64,000 nt of DNA from an uncultured Peptoniphilus sp. (GCA_902489255.1 CABTZF010000001.1:9032-73031), one strand, 5' to 3'. Shown: positions 28,829 to 38,125, counted from the first letter of the stretch. Translations and numbers: made by a program. Notes: generated by a model not told the origin, from the letters alone.

Positions 28829-29455
28829 ATGAAATATAAGTGTTTTTATTTCTTGTTTTTTAAAAGACCGATGAAAAAAGTTCTTATGGAGAAGTATGAT
28901 AAAGCATACGCTTCAGAAATTATTAGAAAGAGCGAAAAAGTTTATCGAGAACTTGTAGAAAATATGGATGATATCGGCGAGGATAATCCCATGGCATACA
29001 ATGAGATGTTTGCCCTTGCCTTTGTTGCTCCATATATAGCAAGTGAGAAAAAAATTCTACCAGAAACCATCCAGGAAATGATGCGTCGTTCTCTTTATTT
29101 TGTCAAATGGTATTTTTCCTTGATTGATCTCAATACTAAAAGGGGAAAAGAGGCCAATAAGAAAAATATTCTTAAGTATTACAAGTGGTATACAGAGGAA
29201 AAAGAAAAGCTCTATCCAACGTCATTTAAAGTTGATTTTGAAGGGGAACCCTATGAGGGTGCTTGTTATTACAGAATTACTCGTTGTCCCATTTGTGCTT
29301 ACACAAAGAAGCTGGGTGTCGATGAATTAATGCCCCTGTTTTGTGAACTTGATGAGCTTATGATAAGTCTTCAACATGGAGTACTTCACAGAAAAGATAC
29401 TATAGCAAATGGAGCGGATTGTTGTGATTATTTTATTACAGGTGATAGAGAATGA
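28829..29455 (+). CDS. L-2-amino-thiazoline-4-carboxylic acid hydrolase-like (ATC_hydrolase family) protein
   Basis: 208 aa. C-terminal Cys-rich region ACYYRITRCPICAYTKKLGVDELMPLFCELDE..GADCCDYFI resembles this family as I recall it. The remnant at 27048 conserves the N-terminus, which supports the 28829 start. Confidence 0.5.
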   Translation: MKYKCFYFLFFKRPMKKVLMEKYDKAYASEIIRKSEKVYRELVENMDDIGEDNPMAYNEMFALAFVAPYIASEKKILPETIQEMMRRSLYFVKWYFSLIDLNTKRGKEANKKNILKYYKWYTEEKEKLYPTSFKVDFEGEPYEGACYYRITRCPICAYTKKLGVDELMPLFCELDELMISLQHGVLHRKDTIANGADCCDYFITGDRE

Positions 29456-29517
29456 ACTTGAGTTATAGGAATAAGTATTGGTAAAAACTTATAAATGATT
29501 ATTAATGGAGGAAAAAA

Positions 29518-30456
29518 ATGAGTTTAATTTATAAAATTGCTTCGACAATAGTAAAACTTGCCGGTGTCAAAAAAATGTTTTTAAAGAACAAGGAAGAGAT
29601 GCTTGAGTATGCAAAGAAAGAAAATGCAAAGGCGGTATTTGATTTAGATAAGGCAAAGAAAAGGGCGGAGATAAAAAATTACTACCTCATGGACAGAGAC
29701 GTTATGGGTTACAGGCTCATTTCTTATCAAAAAAATAAGAGCCCAGCCCAAGGAGCAGTCCTATATTTCTTTGGCGGAGGAATGATAACACAACCGGACA
29801 AATTAGATTTTGCTTTGTCGGAAAGAATAATGGAACAAATCGGTAAAGACCTTTGGTTTTTATTCTATCCACTTTGCTCGGAAGATGTAAAGATAGACAA
29901 GACATACGAAGTTTCCTTTGAAACCTATAAGCTGATGACCGAAACTTATAAGGCTGAAAACATAAGTGTCCTCGGTTTTTCATCAGGAGCTTGCCTATCT
30001 ATTGGAATATTTCTGCATAACAATGCTTTAGGCAGACCTGTTAAAATGCCCGGCAAAATAATTTCAGTTTCACCCGGTGGCATACCCGATGTATCGCTTG
30101 AAGAAAATAAAGACGTATGGGAAAGAGTAAATGCCCTTAACCACAAAGACATAATGATTGAACCTACATATCTTAAAACGGCAAGAGAGATTACAAAAGG
30201 CGATAAAGACCTGCCTGAATATATGTTAGACGGAACGGTAGGAGATTTTACCGACTTCCCGAAAACATATTTTTATTACGGCGAAAATGAATGCCTCTAT
30301 GCCTTTGCTGACGAATTTAAAAAAGCAATGGAAAAATACAAAGCACCGTACGAAATCATTGTAGGCAAAGGAATGTGCCACTGCTATCCCTTGATGAGAT
30401 TTTTTAAAGAGGGAAGAGAAGCACAAGATGAAATTATCGAATTGCTAAAACAATAG
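29518..30456 (+). CDS. alpha/beta hydrolase (esterase/lipase, fold-3 type)
   Basis: 312 aa. Oxyanion-hole-like FFGGGM, nucleophile elbow GFSSGA (GxSxG), and a C-terminal His region GMCHCY. Confidence 0.7.
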   Translation: MSLIYKIASTIVKLAGVKKMFLKNKEEMLEYAKKENAKAVFDLDKAKKRAEIKNYYLMDRDVMGYRLISYQKNKSPAQGAVLYFFGGGMITQPDKLDFALSERIMEQIGKDLWFLFYPLCSEDVKIDKTYEVSFETYKLMTETYKAENISVLGFSSGACLSIGIFLHNNALGRPVKMPGKIISVSPGGIPDVSLEENKDVWERVNALNHKDIMIEPTYLKTAREITKGDKDLPEYMLDGTVGDFTDFPKTYFYYGENECLYAFADEFKKAMEKYKAPYEIIVGKGMCHCYPLMRFFKEGREAQDEIIELLKQ

Positions 30457-30469
30457 TTGAGGATATAAA

Positions 30470-30967
30470 ATGAAATCACAAGAATTTAAAATGCCTGTTT
30501 TTGGAGTTGGACCGATATATGTTATAACTTGTTTATTTCTAACAATACTAGGGACTTATCTGCATCTTAAAGGATATCTATATGCAGGTGAATCAAGCAG
30601 GGGAAAAATAATTTTTATTATAATAGGAATTCTTTTAATATTATTCGGTCTATATTTATGGGTGCAAGCAGTTATAGTTCAGAAAATAAATAAAAAAGTA
30701 AAAGAAAATAAATTGATTACTATAGGAGTCTATGGCATAGTAAGAAATCCGGTTTATTCAGCGTTCATATTTATATTTACAGGAATTCTTTTTATCGCGG
30801 CTAATTATTTTTTATTAATTCTTCCGCTATTTTTTTGGATTTTTCTAACGGTATTGATGAAAAATACTGAAGAAAAATGGTTGAGGAAAAATTTTGGCAA
30901 GGAATATGAAATATATTGCAATGAAGTTAATAGGATTATACCGTGGTGTAAAAGAAAAAGTTATTAA
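30470..30967 (+). CDS. isoprenylcysteine carboxyl / phospholipid methyltransferase family membrane protein
   Basis: 165 aa with 4 TM helices. GVYGIVRNPVYSAFIFIFTG and EEKWLRKNFGKEY match the ICMT/PEMT C-terminal signature. Starts 13 nt after the hydrolase gene. Confidence 0.7.
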   Translation: MKSQEFKMPVFGVGPIYVITCLFLTILGTYLHLKGYLYAGESSRGKIIFIIIGILLILFGLYLWVQAVIVQKINKKVKENKLITIGVYGIVRNPVYSAFIFIFTGILFIAANYFLLILPLFFWIFLTVLMKNTEEKWLRKNFGKEYEIYCNEVNRIIPWCKRKSY

Positions 30968-31533
30968 TTTATCTTTTTAAGTTAATTTTAATGATGTAAT
31001 AGTAAAAAATTTTAAATTAGATATTTTAATAGAGAGATAAAAAAAAACGGGGAGAAGATATTTCAATCGTCTTTTTTATTTGGACGAACTATTTTGTGTA
31101 AGAAATGTTAATGAATTTACTGACATGCAGATAAAAGCATTTTATTCATGAAAAAGAGCTTTTGTTGAAATATAAGGGATTTTTAAATATTTATATAAAA
31201 GAAGCAATTTAAATTTTAAGAGAAATTGAAAAGAACATGCTATGTATTTTTTATTAATGATGAACCAAATACCGAGATGATATACTTTGTTTTCGGAAGT
31301 ATACTTATATTAAAATAACACAAGGAAATATAATCCGACTATGAATTTATTGAAAAATTCATAGAGAATTTAAGGAAAATAACTCATAAATTTCACCCAT
31401 ATTATGAGGGATGATAGATTATATCTTAATATTAACAAAGCATGCAAGAAATATAAAAAAATAAAAAATGCTATATAAAAAATTGAAGGACTTATTGCAA
31501 CAATTGTGGTTTTATAGATTCTTATAATTCTTA

Positions 31534-31632
31534 TCTCGCCATATTAATTTATCACATCCAAATTCTTAATAATGGCGAAAATAATCTCGCCACTATTGAT
31601 TTATATACGCCATTTGTAGTATAATGGCGAGA
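31534..31632 (+). promoter_or_regulatory. tandemly duplicated promoter unit, each copy bracketed by TCTCGCCA / TGGCGA(A/G)A inverted repeats (candidate operators)
   Basis: TCTCGCCA at 31534-31541 and 31585-31592. Inverted copies TGGCGAAA at 31573-31580 and TGGCGAGA at 31625-31632. The second unit carries TTGATT (31596-31601), an 18-nt spacer and TATAAT (31620-31625). Confidence 0.55.
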
Positions 31633-32691
31633 AAGGCGGTGAGTGTTTTGAGAAAGTTTGACTATAAAAAATTATTAAATTTAAATATACCGGCAAAAAT
31701 GTATGATCTAATAGCAAAGATATATGAGCATAAGGGAAAACAGGAACTCTATGTAGCTAATTTTACAGATGTGCTTGAAAAAATGATAGAAGTGGCAAAA
31801 ATCCAGTCTACCAAATCATCTAATGCGATTGAAGGAATTTCTACTAATGATACAAGATTAGAAGAATTAATGAATAAAAAGAGCGAACCAAGAAATAGAA
31901 ATGAAGAAGAAATATATGGTTATAGGGAAGTTTTAGATATTATTCATGAAAACTATGAGAATATTGAATTTACAAAAAATAATATTTTAACTTTACACAA
32001 TAGATTATATTCCTATTCTGTAGAAAGTCATAAAGGCAAATTTAAGACAATTGATAACAGCATAGTTGAAATGAATTCATTAGGTGAAAAAAAAGTAAGA
32101 TTTCAACCTGTATCAGCTTTTGAAACAGAAAATTATATTGATAGAGTTATTAATGCTTATGATGAGGCTGTAGATTTAAAAATACCACCCCTCATATTAA
32201 TTCCAACGGTTATTCATGATTTTTTATGCATTCATCCATTTTCTGATGGAAACGGTAGAATATCACGATTATTAACTCTTCTACTTCTTTATAAAAACGG
32301 ATTTTTTGTTGGCAAATATATTTCATTAGAAATGATAATTGAAGACACTAAAGACATTTATTATAAAGAATTGCAAGCATCAAGTATAAACTGGCATGAT
32401 GGAACAAATGACGAATTACCCTTTATAAAATATATGCTTTCGGTTATTTATAAAGCATATAGTGAGTGCGATGAAAGATTCAAGATTATTGGGGAGAAGT
32501 CATTAACATCTGCAGAAAGAGTAATGAAAGTATTTGAAAAATCTTTAGAACCCTTATCTAAATCGGATATAGTACTGCTTTGTCCGGATATTTCCCGAAG
32601 AACTGTAGAAAGAGCATTAAAAGAATTAAAAGAAAAGGCTCTTATTAAGCAAATAGGAAATGGAAGATCAACTAAATATATTAAAAAATAA
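31624..32691 (+). CDS. Fic family protein (class II, AMPylation-type motif) with C-terminal winged HTH
   Basis: HPFSDGNGRISRLL matches HxFx(D/E)GNGRxxR. The N-terminal SNAIEG matches the (S/T)xxxE(G/N) inhibitory helix. C-terminal ISRRTVERALKELKEKALIKQIGNGRSTKY is wHTH-like. The true start is probably TTG 31648, after an AAGGCGGTGA SD, because ATG 31624 overlaps the -10 box. Confidence 0.85.
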   Translation: MARKAVSVLRKFDYKKLLNLNIPAKMYDLIAKIYEHKGKQELYVANFTDVLEKMIEVAKIQSTKSSNAIEGISTNDTRLEELMNKKSEPRNRNEEEIYGYREVLDIIHENYENIEFTKNNILTLHNRLYSYSVESHKGKFKTIDNSIVEMNSLGEKKVRFQPVSAFETENYIDRVINAYDEAVDLKIPPLILIPTVIHDFLCIHPFSDGNGRISRLLTLLLLYKNGFFVGKYISLEMIIEDTKDIYYKELQASSINWHDGTNDELPFIKYMLSVIYKAYSECDERFKIIGEKSLTSAERVMKVFEKSLEPLSKSDIVLLCPDISRRTVERALKELKEKALIKQIGNGRSTKYIKK

Positions 32692-32698
32692 TGATTTT

Positions 32699-32724
32699 AG
32701 CATCTGTAAAAGCAGGTGCTTTTT
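32699..32724 (+). terminator. rho-independent terminator after fic
   Basis: AGCATCTG-TAAAAG-CAGGTGCT (8 bp with one G-U) followed by TTTTT. Confidence 0.6.
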
Positions 32725-33225
32725 ATATAGCTGAAATTAGGCACAATGATATTTACATAAAAAATATATTGAAATTGGTCAAACAATAAAACATCTTATC
32801 AATTGATGTGTCAAAGATTAAGTTTATTATCTAACGCAAATGAAACGCTTAAGTTATTTGCAGATGACTAAAAAATAAAAAAAAGGATAGTTAAATGCAT
32901 AATGGAGAGATTGTATTGAAGCAAAAAATTCACACCATACTTTAATAAAAAATTGTAACTATTAAAATTAGAGTCCGCATATAAGTTATTGCAATTACAG
33001 AAAAAGAAATATTAATAAGGTCCTCATACTTAATAAGTTCATAGTAACTTAACTTTACTTCTTGTTGACTAAAAAATAATACACAGCCTGTCTTCTATTT
33101 TAGATTAGTTATAGCTCTAATATTTTTAATTTTCAATTTCCTAATATGTTAAGCTTAAATTTGGAATTTTCTTATTTTTTTATTTTATATCTTCTATGTT
33201 ATAATATTAAAAATAAGGGGGACTT

Positions 33226-34338
33226 ATGGAGCAAAATATATATTTAGATAAAGAAAAATTAGAAAATGCGATTGCTACTGCCGACCAATTGGCTCTTTCA
33301 TTAGATGTCAACGCCTTGCGTCAAAAGATTATTTATTTGAATAAAAAGCAAATGCAACCGGGGTTTTGGGATGATAATGAAAAAGCTCAAAAAGTTATTA
33401 AAGAACTTAATTCTTATCAGAATAAAGTCAATCCTTATGATTATATTATTTCTTTAACTGAAGATGCTAATGATCTTATACTTATCATGGAAATGGAAGA
33501 TGATTATTCATCCTATGATGAATTAGAAAAACTTATAGAAGATATAGAAAAAAAAGTTGAAGCATATAAACTTGAAACTCTTTTAAGCGGTGAATATGAT
33601 GAAAATGATGCAATTTTATCTATTCATTCCGGAGCCGGTGGAACAGAAGCTCAGGACTGGGCTAGTATGCTTTTGAGAATGTATACGAGATACGCTTTAA
33701 ATAAAGGCTTTAAAGTTGAAACTTTAGATATATTAAAAGAAGATGAGGCAGGAATAAAATCTGTTACCTTAAAGATATCCGGGCCAAATGCTTATGGGTA
33801 TTTAAAGGGAGAAAAAGGCGTTCATAGGCTTGTTAGAATTTCACCTTTTGATGCTAATAAAAGACGTCATACTTCTTTTTCTTCTGTAGATGTATTTCCT
33901 GATATAGACGGAGATATAGATGTTGAAATTAAAGATGAAGATATTAAAGTTGATACCTATAGGTCAAGCGGGGCCGGCGGACAACATGTTAATACTACTG
34001 ATTCTGCCGTAAGAATTACTCATATTCCTACAGGGATTGTAGTTCAATGTCAGAACGAAAGAAGTCAAATTCAAAATAGAGAAAGAGCTATGCAAACCTT
34101 AAAGGCAAAGTTATTATCACTTGCTGAAGAGGAAAGAAAAGAAAAAATTGAAGACTTGCAGGGTAATTATTCACAAATAGCCTGGGGATCCCAAATCAGA
34201 TCTTATGTATTTCAACCCTATACCCTAGTCAAAGACCATAGAACAAATTGTGAAGTCGGAGATGTAAACAGGGTTATGGATGGGGATTTGGATTCTTTTA
34301 TAAATGCTTACCTGCAAAAAAATGCCAAAAAGGAGTAA
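33226..34338 (+). CDS. prfB: peptide chain release factor 2 (single uninterrupted frame)
   Basis: 370 aa with SPF (RISPFD) and GGQ (SGAGGQHVN) motifs. Full-length N-terminus read in one frame. AAGGGGGA SD. Confidence 0.93.
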   Translation: MEQNIYLDKEKLENAIATADQLALSLDVNALRQKIIYLNKKQMQPGFWDDNEKAQKVIKELNSYQNKVNPYDYIISLTEDANDLILIMEMEDDYSSYDELEKLIEDIEKKVEAYKLETLLSGEYDENDAILSIHSGAGGTEAQDWASMLLRMYTRYALNKGFKVETLDILKEDEAGIKSVTLKISGPNAYGYLKGEKGVHRLVRISPFDANKRRHTSFSSVDVFPDIDGDIDVEIKDEDIKVDTYRSSGAGGQHVNTTDSAVRITHIPTGIVVQCQNERSQIQNRERAMQTLKAKLLSLAEEERKEKIEDLQGNYSQIAWGSQIRSYVFQPYTLVKDHRTNCEVGDVNRVMDGDLDSFINAYLQKNAKKE

Positions 34339-34342
34339 TGAT

Positions 34343-35044
34343 ATGAAAGATCTTATTATTGCAATGGATTTCCCAAGTAAAAGTGATAGTGATAATTTTT
34401 TAAAAAATTTTAAAAATGAAAGCTTATTTTTAAAAATTGGAATGGAATTATTTTATAAAGAAGGTCCATCCATAGTAAAAGAATACAAGAAAATGGGTCA
34501 TAAGATTTTTTTAGACTTAAAACTTCACGATATACCAAACACTGTAAAGGGAGCTACTGATTCTCTATTAAATCTTGATGTGGATATGATAAATTTCCAT
34601 GCAGCAGGTGGAATTAAAATGATGAAGCTTGCAAGCGACTTAATAAGAGAAAGAAAAAAAGATACAATAACTTTAGGCGTCACAATGCTTACTTCAACTG
34701 ATGAAGAAACCATGCATAGGGAACTTTTAATAGAAAATAATTTACCTTTAAGCCAAGTTGTGTTATCCTATGCAGCCCTTGCCCAAAAAGCAGGCTTAAA
34801 TGGAGTCGTATGTTCAGCGCTGGAAGTTGAAATGATAAAGAAAAAAATTGGAAATGAATTTATTACAGTAACCCCAGGAATTAGACCTAAGGGATTTGAA
34901 TCAGATGATCAAAAAAGAATTGTAAGTCCCAAGGATGCTAGAAAATTAGGTAGTGATTATATAGTTGTGGGAAGACCGATAACAAAGGCAAGTAATCCGT
35001 TAACAGCTTATAAAAATATTAAAAATGAATTTTTAGGAGAGTAA
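34343..35044 (+). CDS. pyrF: orotidine 5-prime-phosphate decarboxylase
   Basis: ORF 34304..35044; ATG 34343 follows AGGAG and the prfB stop. FLDLKLHDIPNTV and IVVGRPI motifs. Confidence 0.9.
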   Translation: MKDLIIAMDFPSKSDSDNFLKNFKNESLFLKIGMELFYKEGPSIVKEYKKMGHKIFLDLKLHDIPNTVKGATDSLLNLDVDMINFHAAGGIKMMKLASDLIRERKKDTITLGVTMLTSTDEETMHRELLIENNLPLSQVVLSYAALAQKAGLNGVVCSALEVEMIKKKIGNEFITVTPGIRPKGFESDDQKRIVSPKDARKLGSDYIVVGRPITKASNPLTAYKNIKNEFLGE

Positions 35045-35049
35045 TTAAA

Positions 35050-35688
35050 TTGAAAGAAATAGCAAGAATACTTTTAGATATAAATGCAGTAACATTAAAT
35101 CCTGATGAGCCCTATACTTGGGCAAGCGGTATTAAAAGTCCTATTTATTGCGACAATAGACTTATTTTATCTTATCCTAAAGAAAGGGATATTGTTGAAA
35201 ATTCTTTAGTTGACCTTGTAAAAAATAATTTTCCTGCTACTGAATATATTATGGCAACTGCCAGTGCAGGTATAAGTCATGGAGCAATAATTGCAGATAA
35301 GATGGGTTTACCAATGGGCTATGTAAGAAATAAGGGGAAAGATCACGGAAAGAAAAACCTTATTGAGGGTAAGATAATTAAAGGGGCAAAAACATTAGTA
35401 GTTGAAGATTTGTTTTCTACAGGATCTTCATCTATAGATGCGGCTTTAGCTTTAAAAGATAAGGGATTTGATGTTATAGGTATTATTTCTATTTTTACTT
35501 ATAATCTAAAAATTGCTGAAGAAAATTTTAAAAAATACAATTTAAAGTTTGCATCTTTAGCAACTTATGATGAACTTTTAGATTTGGCTCTGGAAGTAGG
35601 ATATATAAAAGCTGAACAGCTTAATAAATTAAAAAAATTTAAGGATAATCCACAGGATCCGTCATGGATGAATAATGGGAATTTCTAA
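35050..35688 (+). CDS. pyrE: orotate phosphoribosyltransferase
   Basis: 212 aa with PRPP-binding loop LVVEDLFSTGSS. TTG start. Conserved pyrF-pyrE order. Confidence 0.88.
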   Translation: MKEIARILLDINAVTLNPDEPYTWASGIKSPIYCDNRLILSYPKERDIVENSLVDLVKNNFPATEYIMATASAGISHGAIIADKMGLPMGYVRNKGKDHGKKNLIEGKIIKGAKTLVVEDLFSTGSSSIDAALALKDKGFDVIGIISIFTYNLKIAEENFKKYNLKFASLATYDELLDLALEVGYIKAEQLNKLKKFKDNPQDPSWMNNGNF

Positions 35689-35746
35689 TATGTAGTTTTA
35701 TTAATTTTTTTCGTTCATTTATAACAAAGAAGAGATAAGAATTATT

Positions 35747-36364
35747 ATGAAAAAAGTAAATATCTTAAATAGTGATTTTTTTAATAGAGATACTCTAACA
35801 GTAGCTAAAGAATTACCGGGAAAAAATATAATAAGGAACTATTCCGGTATTTTTTTGCGTGCAAAAATTGTTGAAGTTGAGGCATATTTGGGAATAAATG
35901 ATAAGGCAAGCCATTCATATAAGTCCAGGAGAACTAAAAGAAATGAAGTAATGTATGGTAAAGCCGGTGGAATATATGTATACTTGATATATGGAATGTA
36001 CTATCTATTAAATTTTGTAACAAAAGATATTAATGAACCCGAAGCAGTTTTAATTAGAGCTGTAGAGCCTTTGGACGGAATGAATTTTATGGCACAAAAT
36101 AGGTTCGGGGAAAATTATAGGGATTTAAATAATAAGCGAAGAATTAATTTAACAAATGGACCCGGAAAACTTACCAAAGCTTTAGCTATTGATAAAAGCT
36201 TAAATGGAAAAGACTTATTTACAGATGAGTTATTTATTGAAGATACTAATAATAAAGAAAAAATTTTTATTGATAAACGTATTGGTATTGATTATGCAGA
36301 AGAAGCCAAAGATTATCCTTATAGATTTTATATTGACAATCCTTATATTTCTAAAAAATTGTAA
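35747..36364 (+). CDS. DNA-3-methyladenine glycosylase (Mpg/AAG family)
   Basis: 205 aa. VEVEAYLG, SHSY, YVYLIYGMYY and GPGKLTKALAID motifs of the AAG family. Confidence 0.85.
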   Translation: MKKVNILNSDFFNRDTLTVAKELPGKNIIRNYSGIFLRAKIVEVEAYLGINDKASHSYKSRRTKRNEVMYGKAGGIYVYLIYGMYYLLNFVTKDINEPEAVLIRAVEPLDGMNFMAQNRFGENYRDLNNKRRINLTNGPGKLTKALAIDKSLNGKDLFTDELFIEDTNNKEKIFIDKRIGIDYAEEAKDYPYRFYIDNPYISKKL

Positions 36365-36440
36365 ACAAAATTTTAAAAAATGTAGATAATTAATTGATTT
36401 TATTTTATAATTAAACATTAGAATATAGAAAGGAATCGAC

Positions 36441-37274
36441 ATGATAGAAATTAGGGATCTGTATTTCTCTTATGAAAATGAAGGGGAAAATAAAAATCCA
36501 AGAAATGTTATTAACGGAATAAATATTAATATAAGAAATGGAGAATTCATAGCACTTTTAGGTCATAACGGAAGCGGTAAATCAACTTTAGCTAAGCTAA
36601 TTAACGCATTATATATTCCTAAATCCGGAGATGTTTTGGTCGACGGCTATAATACTAAAGATGAAAAGGATGTTTGGAACATAAGATCTAGAGCCGGAAT
36701 GGTTTTTCAAAATCCTGACAATCAACTTGTAGCAACAGTGGTAGAGGATGATGTAGCTTTTGGTCCTGAAAACCTAGGGATAGATCCTAAAGAAATTAGA
36801 CAAAGAGTTGACTCAAGTCTTGAAGCAGTTAATATGGAAGATTACAAAAAAAATGCCCCACACCTTTTGTCAGGAGGACAAAAACAAAGAGTTGCTATTG
36901 CCGGAATTTTAGCAATGAGCCCGACATATATTATCCTTGATGAACCAACGGCAATGCTTGATCCCAGCGGTAGAAAAGAAGTTATGGATACAATTCTTAA
37001 ATTAAATAAAGAACAGGGAAAAACAATTATATTAATTACTCATTATATGGATGAAGCGGCACTGGCTGATAGAATAATTGTCATGGAAGAGGGAAATATT
37101 ATTCTTGAAGGCACCCCAAGAAATGTTTTTTCACATGTTGAAGAAATTAAGAACATAGGCCTTGATGTACCTCAAGTCACTGAGCTAGCCTATGACTTAG
37201 AAAAAGAAGGATTTAAAATAAGAAATGATGTTTTAACAATAGAGGAGCTGGTAGAAGAAATATGTCACTTATAG
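36441..37274 (+). CDS. ecfA1: energy-coupling factor transporter ATPase
   Basis: Walker [10 protein letters not shown], signature LSGGQKQR, Walker B ILDEPT. First of two tandem ABC ATPases upstream of ecfT. Confidence 0.9.
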   Translation: MIEIRDLYFSYENEGENKNPRNVINGININIRNGEFIALLGHNGSGKSTLAKLINALYIPKSGDVLVDGYNTKDEKDVWNIRSRAGMVFQNPDNQLVATVVEDDVAFGPENLGIDPKEIRQRVDSSLEAVNMEDYKKNAPHLLSGGQKQRVAIAGILAMSPTYIILDEPTAMLDPSGRKEVMDTILKLNKEQGKTIILITHYMDEAALADRIIVMEEGNIILEGTPRNVFSHVEEIKNIGLDVPQVTELAYDLEKEGFKIRNDVLTIEELVEEICHL

Positions 37275-38125
37275 AAGTAAGAAATTTACATCATATATAT
37301 TCGCCTAACACTCCTTTTGAAAAGCTTGCTATAAAAAATATTAATTTGGATATTGAATTGGGTGAATTTATTGGTTTAATAGGTCATACAGGGTCTGGAA
37401 AATCAACTTTTATTCAACACTTAAACGGATTGTTGATGCCTTCAAAGGGTAGTATTAAGGCTGACAATGTAACTATTACAAATAAATCTCAAAATCTTAC
37501 AGATTTAAGGAGAAAAATTGGACTTGTATTCCAATATCCTGAATATCAGCTTTTTGAAGAAACTGTAGTGAAAGATATTGAATTTGGGCCGAGAAATTTA
37601 GGTTTAAATGATGAAGAAATAAGGAATAGAGCTAAGGAAGCTATGCTTGCCGTTGGTCTTGATTATGAAAAATATAAAAACCGTTCACCTTTTGAACTTT
37701 CCGGAGGTTTAAAGAGGAGAGTTGCAATTGCCGGAGTTTTATCTATGAAACCAAAAGTTTTAATTCTTGATGAACCAACTGCAGGTCTTGACCCAAGAGG
37801 GCGTGATGAAATTTTAGCTGAAATTAAACAAATTCATAGGCAAGGAAATATTACTATAATTTTAGTTTCACATTCCATGGAAGACGTTGCAAAAATTGCA
37901 AGTAGGATTATTGTAATGGAAAAGGGATGCCTGTTAATGGATGATGAGCCCAGAAAGATTTTTGCAAGAGAAGATGAACTGAAAAAAGCCGGTCTTGGAA
38001 TACCACAAATCACATCATTTTTGAGAGCATTAAAAAAGAGAGGTATAAATATAAATACTGATTGTATTACTGTAGAGGAAGCTAAAGAAGCATTAAAAGA
38101 ATACTTAAGGAGTAAAAATGTTTAA
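37262..38125 (+). CDS. ecfA2: energy-coupling factor transporter ATPase
   Basis: Walker [10 protein letters not shown], signature LSGGLKRR, Walker B ILDEPT. Confidence 0.9.
   Translation: MSLIEVRNLHHIYSPNTPFEKLAIKNINLDIELGEFIGLIGHTGSGKSTFIQHLNGLLMPSKGSIKADNVTITNKSQNLTDLRRKIGLVFQYPEYQLFEETVVKDIEFGPRNLGLNDEEIRNRAKEAMLAVGLDYEKYKNRSPFELSGGLKRRVAIAGVLSMKPKVLILDEPTAGLDPRGRDEILAEIKQIHRQGNITIILVSHSMEDVAKIASRIIVMEKGCLLMDDEPRKIFAREDELKKAGLGIPQITSFLRALKKRGININTDCITVEEAKEALKEYLRSKNV

Noticed and set aside
32725-33225. A 500-bp ORF-free stretch before prfB; examined for att-site-like direct repeats matching the left island border (19705-19890).
   Set aside because: I could not find a convincing shared repeat by eye. 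A proper pairwise alignment of the two borders would be needed before claiming island boundaries.
36204-36442. Two 61- to 70-aa ORFs on opposite strands spanning the mpg 3-prime end and the gap before ecfA1.
   Set aside because: They overlap the end of the glycosylase gene and a very AT-rich spacer. Their translations are I/K/N/F-rich with no motifs.
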